Below, piece by piece: positions 1 to 9,415 of a stretch of 64,000 nt of DNA (position 1 is the first letter of the stretch; each line of letters opens with the position of its first letter). The notes beneath the pieces are model-generated. The model was not told the origin of the DNA and ran no database searches. It saw only the letters and a program-made list of their open reading frames with translations. The stretch is from the NCBI RefSeq assembly GCF_006345805.1, contig NC_043001.1, positions 93,682,001 through 93,746,000 of the forward strand, read 5' to 3'. Source of the DNA: Octopus sinensis. Its lineage: Eukaryota. Both the position numbers and the translations under genes were made by a program.

Positions 1-688
1 TCGACAGGGACAAAGACACAACGTGAAATTTTCTTAAACTTGGAAGGTCTGCTGCAGAGACATTGAACATCTTTCGGCAAATTGACGCGATGAGCCAATG
101 GGTTGTACGCAATGTTCTGAGTGGCATGGGCGCTTCAAAAGCAGAACATCACTGGAAGACAATGCGCGATCTGGAAAACTTGCGAAGAGAATTATTCCTT
201 GAAATATGATCGAGGATTCATCTCCCAGAGTCAGACCGTCAACCAAGAGATCTACTTCGACGTTTGATGTGTTTGAGGGAAGACATTTGGCGAAAGAGAC
301 ATGATCTGTGAACCGAAGAATTAGATTCTTCACGACGACAATGCACTCTGTAATCGAACCCTCCTCACTCACTAAAAGCAACATGGTACCGTTTAGGCAC
401 TCGCCCTATTCGTCAGATTTAGCGCCTGCAGACTTCTGCCTCTTCCCCGAGATGAAAAAGCGACTCAAAGTTCGCCGTTTTAACATTGCTTTCGAGATTC
501 AGAGAAAGCCGCAGAAGGTCCTCTACACGCTTACGGAAAACAACTTCCCGGCCGGATTCCAAAAGTGGCGGCGATGCGTGTATTGTTGCACAAGGCGAGT
601 ATTTGGGAGAAGATGATGTTAAAACTTAAGTAAATAAGTTATTTTTTTAAACAGGACCAGTCCGCGAACGTTTAGATACCATCTCGTA
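1..688 (+). mobile_element. Degenerate mariner transposon with internal deletion; 5' end lies outside the window, 3' TIR present
   Basis: Frameshifted translation gives the mariner HTH region (KLGRSAAETLNIFRQ, EWHGRFKS-RTSLEDNARSG), then QTVNQE, HDDNA and YSSDLAPADFCLFPEMKK (YSPDLAP motif; ORF 308-616). It ends in a TIR-like ...GATACCATCTCG-TA at 688. The WVPHEL/first-Asp segment is missing. Confidence 0.85.
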
Positions 689-939
689 AATTCACGAGTT
701 TTGCTTTAGCATTAATACATAGTTTATCCTGTTGACGATCTCCATGATTTTTTGTGGCAGTATAAACATTACATTTACTATTAGAAACGTACTGCTCACG
801 ATCGTATATTTAAACTTAATTGAACAAATATTCATTTTATAAACTGTTCATTTTTACGTGTTGATGTTTATGAACTGGAGAACTTACTTATTGAACTAAG
901 GTGCATACTATCTGAAAGTTCCCCACAGACGGATCCGTA

Positions 940-1148
940 ACACTGACTTGAAAGTTTGGCAGGAGGCCAGCAATTTTGGGGCAGGAGGTAGGTCAATTAC
1001 ATCGAGCCCGATACCCAACTGGTACTTATTTTATCGACACGGAAAAGATGAAAGGTAAAGTCGAACCAGACGGAATTTGAACTCAGAACGTACGGACGAA
1101 ATGCCGCTAAACAACAGTGTGCTAACGATTCTTTCAGCTCGTCGCCTT
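940..1148 (-). mobile_element. tRNA-derived SINE, family A (head AAGGCGGCGAGCTGGCAGAA, core GCCTTTCATCCTTTCGGGGTCGATAAA; Meta/MESC-like central domain)
   Basis: The reverse complement aligns by eye with copies at 3480-3708, 18409-18840 and 27925-28140; B-box-like GAGTTCAAATTCC. Confidence 0.8.
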
Positions 1149-1672
1149 GTCTGTAATAGTAAGGAGTAACTTTGGATGGCTACTATAATCAATGGACATA
1201 ACCGAACATATTAACATGATCAGCAACATGAAAAATATCTGGATGAATTCACATCCCAATATGAGCGAAGCCACTAATACATTCAGTAACAATTTTCTAG
1301 TTAAGCAAAATTTCCCAAATATTAAAAATCCAATTTTAAAAAATTCAACATTAAAATGAGATATTATTATCTTTTTAATATCGCTATTCACATCTTATTT
1401 AATAGACAACCTAAAACATAATTTATCCCAGAGTTCGACACATCCTTTTCAACAGTAGCTATAAAAAACAAAAGACCTCGGTTTGCTCTTATAGAAGGCA
1501 ACACAACATATCGGGTACAAAAGTTCAACTCGTCGTCACGACAACTGTTTCAAAAGATAAAACTAACGGTCTATATATACCGTTAGTAAGGAGACATAAC
1601 AAGACAAATTAGCGAGCAAGAATAATAACACACATTACACACACTTCACACATCATAATTCTAATATATATC

Positions 1673-1714
<42 letters not shown>

Positions 1715-2397
1715 TATATATATACACATACTATACACATACATATTTAGATTAGAGATGTGCCAGAAAAGCAACTCCAGTCTAAAATTCTTAGCTTTAT
1801 AATATAATTAACGTACAGGTATGACTGAAAGCCAGAAAATGAAGTTATATTTTAGATGCGTTATGTTAGCAAGAGATTATATACTTCAGAGCTAGGTGAA
1901 ACGAACTCGCCAAGAATGCGAGAGCGGAGGAAATTTACAGTTTTTCCTCCAGAGAAAAAGCCCTAAATATCAATCACAATGACTTTATAAACCACAATAC
2001 GACTGTGTTAGTACTTTTGAAAAAAATGTTTAAGAAGTTAGTAATTGTTACTGGCTTATAGTTGGAATACATGGCCTTAGGAAAATACATCGCTTCATAT
2101 ATAATTCATCAGTCTTCCTTAAATGATTGTGCTTCTCATTCTTTTATATTTAAGCATTTTCATTGTGTGATAATTTGCTACATTCTGTGTAATATTGCAC
2201 TTTGTATGCTTAAAATATTCTTTCATTTCATCAACTTAACGGGTCTATATTTTGTTGAGTATCTTTAAATATTTATCCATTAAAATTGCAAAACCGTGGA
2301 AACATGATCACACAAAAGCTCTTACACATTCATGAGCGTATATGTATATATACACACTCACACATATACATAAGTTTATATTTACGTAATATATATA

Positions 2398-2433
<36 letters not shown>

Positions 2434-2582
2434 AACATTAAAACACTCCTATATATATATGTGTGTGTATGTGTGTGTGTGTGTGACAGTATAATTCCTG
2501 CATCTATAAATGTGGTGAATTGTATGCATACAGAAAAAATTATTGCATATATAACTTTTTATATATAAGTATATATATATAT

Positions 2583-2635
<53 letters not shown>

Positions 2636-3372
2636 ATATATGCATGCATCTGTATGTAAATTTATAAATATATATATATATAATGTTATATGTATGTATA
2701 TGTACATATATATTTTTACCTATATATCTGCAGGTAGATATATTGATGTTTACACACACACGTGCGCGCACACGCATGTATATATGTATGTACATATTTA
2801 TGTATATAATTAAAAACAAATATCAGTACATGTATGTATGTTCATATGTAATTTGCGTGTTTTAAATATTATAAAAATAAATACTGTTCATCTAATTTTG
2901 TGTTCAGAACATCTGTTAAATGTACACAGCTCATCTGAAAACTCTTCAATATCAACAGCCATTAATAGCTGAAAAAAAAATACATTAATTTGTATAAGAA
3001 CCGTTCGTTTTTCTCTTACGTCCTTCAGAATTGAAATTGTTTTATATCCAATAATATTTGCTTAGTTTTGCATGTCTAATAAATCTGTTACTTGAATTCC
3101 TGTCTATTTCAATAATACGTATCTGCAGGATGTTTGAAACGATTTTTTTTCCTTTTACTATTATCTTAATGAGAAGACGTTCACTGCCGGTTAAAGTCCT
3201 TTTGAAGATTTGGGAGACTGGTGAGAGGAAGTGTTTAAGTTATCGTTGAACTATGGAGCTGAATGCGCGTATTTTTGTTAGGGTTAAATCACGTGATCGA
3301 TACGTTTCATCGCACTGGAACACGATACTTTCTACGGAAGATTTTCTAGTAGAATCTTAATTCTTAATTCCT

Positions 3373-3708
3373 CATTGCCCGTAGGGGGCTAAACATAGAG
3401 TGGACAAACAAGGACAGGCAAGAGATTAAGTCGATCGGATGAACCCCAGTGCGTAACTGGACGAAATAGCTAATATATATTTCTTTATTACCCACAAGGG
3501 GCTAAACACAGAGAGGACAAACAAGGACAGACAAACGGATTAAGTCGATTGCATCGACCCCAGTGCGTAACAGGTACTTATATAATCGACCCGACAGGAT
3601 GAAAGGCAAAGTTAACCTCGGCGGAATTTGAACTCAGAACGTAGCGGCAGGCGAAATACCGCTAAGCATTTCGCCCGGTGTGTTAACATTTCTGTCAGCT
3701 CGCCGACT
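3373..3708 (-). mobile_element. SINE family A: partial tail copy (3373-3465) plus full copy (3480-3708)
   Basis: The segment GGGGCTAAACA..GACAAACAAGGACAG..GATTAAGTCGAT..CCCCAGTGCGTAAC occurs twice; the second copy continues through core and head. Confidence 0.85.
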
Positions 3709-4169
3709 TAATTCTCTTTATCAGAATCTGTTATGAATCTAAAAGTAATATGTAATGAGAATAGATCTAAAACAATGAGTTTTAGGAGTAAACTTGCTAA
3801 TCATACTACTATGGATGTTCACAGTAACCATTTGCTAGTATCCAAAAACATACACACGTAGCACCGAATCCTCAGAATCATGATAAAAAGTCAATTAAAA
3901 TGCACCAAATACAAGACTGGAAGAAGATGGCGTAATTGGCTCCCCACCTTCGATAAAATATACAATAAATACATCATCTAATATAAATATGAAACAAACA
4001 AGCGAGGTCAAAATCAGTGATAAATCCATGGTTAAATTTGCAAACGGTGGATGAATAGTATTTATTATTTGCTGTATATAATATTTTTGGTTTGATTAGG
4101 AAGGTAAATCGATAAAATGGTGATATTTTCACTCGTATTCCAAATATATGATTTCATAGCAACAGCAAA

Positions 4170-4352
4170 TTACATTAAAATGCAATCCCAAACAGCATTT
4201 TTTCTGAGTTGCATCTTCCGTTGAGCAATTTTCCTCATTCTCCAGAATTTCAGCATTATGTAATCTTTGCATCTAAGTAACTCTGCAGCTTGTTCAGTAT
4301 TTCCAATTACATAAGATTGCCAATGTGCGATCATTTTGATGATTTCCTTGTG
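4170..4352 (-). CDS. Candidate terminal exon, 60 aa, ending in CaaX-like CILM*
   Basis: The frame is open from an AG acceptor (4353-4354) to TAA (4170-4172): HKEIIKMIAHWQSYVIGNTEQAAELLRCKDYIMLKFWRMRKIAQRKMQLRKNAVWDCILM. The polypyrimidine tract is weak and no homology is recognised. Confidence 0.25.
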   Translation of the reverse strand, partial: HKEIIKMIAHWQSYVIGNTEQAAELLRCKDYIMLKFWRMRKIAQRKMQLRKNAVWDCILM

Positions 4353-4521
4353 CTAAAATTACATTTGGTGTAAAGCCAAATATGAAATGACTTGAGTATG
4401 AATTCAAAACCAAACGTCACTATACTGCTATCTATCGGAAACTGATAGTTGAATAATGAACGGTGACGCATTTAATATAGCAACTCGGGCACATTCACTC
4501 ATACGCGCAAACATATACGAA

Positions 4522-4696
4522 CGAACACAAATATACACACGCACACGCGAATACACGCATGCACATAGATATACACGCACACGTATTTAAACGTATATAT
4601 ATTATATATATATATATATATATAGCGAACACAAATATACACACGCACACGCGAATACACGCATGCACATAGATATACACGCACACGTATTTAAAC

Positions 4697-4706
<10 letters not shown>
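4522..4706. repeat. Direct duplication of about 81 bp separated by a (TA)n run
   Basis: CGAACACAAATATACACACGCACACGCGAATACACGCATGCACATAGATATACACGCACACGTATTTAAACGTATATAT at 4522 and 4626. Confidence 0.9.
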
Positions 4707-4733
<27 letters not shown>

Positions 4734-5032
4734 TACATTACGTATATACACAAACACGCGCGCACACATAATATATATATATATGTGCGTGTGTGTGTGT
4801 GTGTGTGTGTCTTTATGTGTGTATGCGTGTGTGCGACGAGGGTATACATTACCAAATGTGGATTTTCGTTTCTGAACGAAACGTTCTGAAACTTGGGACT
4901 CCTTCATTCACCAAACCCACCCAAAAAGAAAATTATAGCAACATCAAAGCCAGTGCCCCATTATGACGACATGTTACTGGCTGAAAAATGTAAAAGCAAG
5001 GATAAATCAATATATATATATATATATATATA

Positions 5033-5190
5033 AACAGGTGGTATAGACAACAGACTGATGTATTAGTATAACGCTAGGAAAGTGAAAAAGTCTTCAACGG
5101 TTCGAGTCTACGCTCTTCCACAGAAAGGAACACAGAAAGAAATAAAAAGAGAAAATAAAGAACGTGTAGTGGCTATAGATATATGATGTC
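5033..5190 (-). mobile_element. Short (TA)n-embedded element with a degenerate hammerhead-like motif (family H, copy 1)
   Basis: Homologous to 29160-29356 and 53388-53590; the motif CCTTTCTGTGGAAGAGCGTAGACTCGAACCGTTGAAGA lies at 5091-5128 on the minus strand. Confidence 0.7.
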
Positions 5191-5314
5191 GAATGTATAT
5201 ATATATATACACATATATATATACATATATATACACACATATATATATATACATATATATACACATATATACATATATATACACACATATATATATCCAC
5301 ACATATATATATAC

Positions 5315-5345
<31 letters not shown>

Positions 5346-5434
5346 CATATATATAATATATATACGTATATATATACATATATATAATATATACATACAT
5401 ATATATATACATATATATACATATATATATATAA

Positions 5435-5810
5435 GTGGAGGCGCAATGGCCCAGTGGTTAGGGCAGCGGACTCGCGGTCATAGGATCGCGGTTTCGATTC
5501 CCAGACCGGGTTGTGATTGTTTATTGAGCGAAACACCTAAAGCTCCACGAGGCTCCGGCAGGGGCTGGTGGTGATCCTGCTGTACTCTTTCACCACAACT
5601 TTCTCTCACTCTTACTTCCTGTTTCTGTTGTACCTGTATTTCAAAGGGCCGGCCTTGTCACTCTGTGTCACGCTGAATATCCCGAGAATACGTTAAAGGT
5701 ACACGTGTCTGTGGAGTGCTCAGCCACTTACACGTTAATTTCACGAGCAGGCTGTTCCGTTGATTCGGATCAACCGGAACCCTCGTCGTCGTAACCGACG
5801 GAGTGCTTCC
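5435..5810 (+). mobile_element. tRNA-derived SINE family B, tail type 1
   Basis: Head GTGGAGGCGCAATGGCCCAGTGGTTAGGG (A box) and GGTTTCGATTCCC (B box); colinear with 13907-14269. Confidence 0.9.
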
Positions 5811-5815
5811 TTCCT

Positions 5816-5847
<32 letters not shown>

Positions 5848-5918
5848 CAAATACATACATATATATATATATACATATGTATACATATATATATGTATAC
5901 ATATATATATATATATAT

Positions 5919-7890
5919 AAAGCTATCGTATATTAGCAAAGATTCGAACCATCCACCAGTTATCCTTAGCAACTTAGTCAGCAATGTAGGTAGAAGAATA
6001 TCTTCAATTTCTTCGGACGAGGCAGCATTCCATAATGCTGCACCTTATTACGATAGCGCATTAAAGAATAGTGGATTCTCGGAGAAGATCCAGTTCAACC
6101 AGCTTAATGCTAATAATAATGCTGCACGAAGAACTAGGACCAGGAAAGTTTTGTGGTTCAACCTGGCTTTCAATTTGGCCGTAAAGACTAATATAGGTAA
6201 GGAATTTTTGAGATTAGTCCTCTAAGCATTTTAAGCAGGGTAATAAATTCTACAGAATATTTAATAGAAGAACCTGAAGGTTAGCTTTTCTTGTTGCAGA
6301 AATTTCGCCTCTTACTTAGCCAGCATAATAGGAGCTAATTGAGATGAGACATGGTGCCGAGCCCATTAAGAAATGTAATTTCAAAAACGAAAGCTCCTGT
6401 CCGTTAGAAGGGAAATGTCTAGTGAAAGGAGTAGTCTATAGAGCAAGGTGCAAGTGGAAGGCTCATCGGAATACAAGACATACACAGGGGCTTCAAAAAT
6501 TCATTTAAAACAAGATTTTATTCTCATAAGAATTCTTTTAAATACCCAGAGAATAGGAAGAAAACCAGCCTAGCAAAATATGTCTGGGAACTAAAAGAAA
6601 AGGAAGCCCCACCTTTCAACGTGACATGGAGCATTCTGGACAGGGCGGCACCATACAGGCATGGAGCTTACAAATATAATTTCAAGTGAAGACTTTGCCT
6701 ATTAGAAAAAATGCACATCTTATTCAAAGACAATAATTCTTTGAATCAAAGAAGTGAGTTAATGAACTTATGTAGGCACGCGGCTAAATTTAAAATGTCG
6801 AATATAAATATACCAATATGGATAGAGTATATATTTTGTATTTTTGATTTTTGATTTTTGATTTTGACTCTTGAGCGCTACGACGGATTTATAGCAAAGT
6901 CTTATGTTTCTACATATATATTAGGAAAAACCTACAAACTTTGTTTTCATGTTATTGTATTGCATAGGATTACCTTGATTATTTATATTACCTTGATTAT
7001 TTAAATGACCCAAAATAGGATGTTATATTTTATTTTATATGTCTTTCGTATATATATTTTTATTAATGCACCATTTTTTAAAAGCAATGTTTTTTTAAAA
7101 AAAAGCAATGTGTCAAAAGTAGAATGTTTATATAAGTATGTGTATAGCAAAGCATATGTATTGTAAGCATGCGTATCTGTGTATGTGTAAGTGAAAGTAT
7201 GCTTGTGCTTAAGCACACATATACACGACGGTATGTATTGTATCAATTCAAACTTGTGTATGTATACTGGTCTCTATAGATGCCAATAACATCGTTACAA
7301 GTTTTTTCCCCACCCCTCTTCGTTCCTTTTTCTCTCTTTCCCTTTATTTCGTTCCCCCTCCTTGCTCAGTATATGATAATTGCTACATAGATGAATTTTA
7401 GCTTGCGTGCGAGACGGTTTGCGTGAATATATGTACACATGCTTTTATGTGTATATTTAGATTCATATTCATACGTCTGTATATGCATGTATGGCGTTTA
7501 CGCGCATCCTTTTGTGTATGTTGATTATATATATGTAGATTTTATATAAATATGTATTGCAGTATTAATAACAGGTTTAATTTCTATGCATTAATTTGTA
7601 CTGTCTTCATTAACGGCAATAGGTTTTTTCCTGGTTTTTTCCTCGGATTTATAATTTTATAAGTTTTTTTATATATATACATATATTTTGACCTTTTTGT
7701 TTATCGCTCGAAGATTGACCGTTTTTTCTAAAGGGCCAATCAACAAGTCCATTTCTTTTTAAAGGTGTAGCGTTTGTAAGAGTGTAGATTGAATAAATAT
7801 AAGTTCCATTCTAGCAAAAACTGTCTGATGAACGGCAACGAGAAACTCAGAGTAACAGATTTGTTGAATTTTCTGCTGCTTAAAATAAAG
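5919..7890 (+). mobile_element. 5'-truncated Penelope-like retroelement (Naiad-type): RT C-terminus, Zn-linker, GIY-YIG endonuclease and 3' region with hammerhead
   Basis: Motifs across frameshifts: SYISKDSNHPP, RRISSISS, RKVLWFNLAFNLAVKTNIGKEFL, KHF..IFNR..KVSFSC, CNFKNESSCPLEGKC (CxCx5Cx5C-like), VVYRA..YTGAS, SLAKYVWELK, WSILDRAAPY, *RLCLLEK, LNQRSELMNLCRH. Hammerhead at 7821-7858, AATAAA at 7884-7889, (TA)n on both flanks. Confidence 0.85.
7821..7858 (+). ncRNA. Minimal type I hammerhead ribozyme
   Basis: CTGT-CTGATGA-A-CG(GCAA)CG-A-GAAA-CT(CAG)AG-TA-ACAG: stem I CTGT/ACAG, canonical CUGAUGA and GAAA cores, GNRA-capped stem II, short stem III, GUA cleavage triplet at 7852-7854. Confidence 0.75.
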
Positions 7891-8571
7891 TATATATATA
7901 CATATTATATATATATATATACATATATATATGTATACATATATATATATATACATATATAATTATACAATATATATATATAAATATACATATATTATAT
8001 ATACATATATATACATATATATATAAATATATATAAATATATACATATATAAATATATATAGATATAATATATATATATATACATATGTATACATATACA
8101 TATATATATACATATGTATACATATACATATATATATATACATATACACATATATACACATATATATATACATATGTATGCATATACATATATATATATA
8201 CATATTATATATATTACATATAATATAATATATACACATATACATATATATATATATATATATACAGATATATGTACATATATATACATATACATATATA
8301 TAAATTTATATACATATGCATATATATACATAATTATATATTTATATATATTATAGATATCATATTATATATATAATATATACATATATATTACATATAT
8401 ATATAATATATAAACATATAATACATATACATATATATATATACATATATTATATATATACATATATATATACATATATATATATACATATTATACATAT
8501 AGTACATATATATATATACATATATATATTACATATATATATATATATATACATAATATAGATATACATAC

Positions 8572-8606
<35 letters not shown>

Positions 8607-8610
8607 CATA
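7891..8610. repeat. Long compound (TA)n/(TACA)n microsatellite
   Basis: Directly visible; it separates the Penelope-like element from the CR1 LINE. Confidence 0.97.
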
Positions 8611-8777
8611 CTGAAAAGCAACAATTTTTCGAGAAACCACCCGCAGATAGAGCGAAAGAAGAGAGAAGTTATCCGTTCGTACGCTCTAATCAGGCAACAT
8701 ATGGACACCTGGACATCATCCTGGGAGGTGACGGCAGCAGGGAGGGCCAAAAGGATGAGGAAAGCATCCAGAGCCAA

Positions 8778-9415
8778 ATGGAGAAGCCTGGAACAAAGGG
8801 AAACGATGACACATGTCCAGCTTCCAACACCACAACTGAAGACCAAAGAGGTGCGATGGCCGCAAGAAAGGAAAGGCACCCTGGAATTGATGGGAAGCAG
8901 GAGGTAAAGGGTGACAGAATCAAGGCTAAAGGAAGCCCTGTCCAGAGAAAGCAGAGGGACCCCAGCAAAAACTGTAAGGGCAGGGAAAGAAACACCTGCA
9001 AATTCTACCTGAGGGGGGACTGCTGGTACGGCGTTGAAGGTGCAAACTGTCGCTTTGCACATCGGAGGCCCTACCAAACCGCACGGACGCGAGACAGAGG
9101 TCCCTCCCTCAGGGAGAACAAAAACAAAAACAAAAAGTTAAAAGAAGGGAAAAAAGCGCACTGACCACTACTGAAAGACGGTATGCAGATGTGGTGCGCG
9201 GAAACCCAACAGGTGGCCAGCTTCACCCAGATGTGAGAAAGGCGGCAGCTGAACAGCAGTCTTTTTTGTGCATGGCACAAAAAATTGTTCAGCAGCTGAC
9301 CTGGCTACAAGCACAAAGCTGGAACTACCACCACATAAGGCCACCTCCAACAGATGCAGGATGGCCACCACAGACACCAACACCAACACACACACCACAA
9401 AAATATTTCTACTGA
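8778..9415 (+). pseudogene. LINE ORF1 with a CCCH zinc finger, frameshifted near 9120-9160
   Basis: ORF 8778-9164 contains CKFYLRGDCWYGVEGANCRFAH (C-x7-C-x8-C-x3-H). It continues in the 9191-9415 frame (RYADVV...SFL) after an A-rich tract. Confidence 0.65.

Noticed and set aside
1562-1587. 9-bp hairpin ACTAACGGT/ACCGTTAGT (similar 9-bp stem at about 59306-59330)
   Set aside because: Short stems around TA-rich loops are expected by chance; no catalytic core or U-tract was found.
5435-5520. tRNA genes at SINE heads (also 13750-13825, 22076, 37830-37904, 44633)
   Set aside because: A and B boxes are present, but there is no complete cloverleaf or acceptor stem and each runs into a SINE body.
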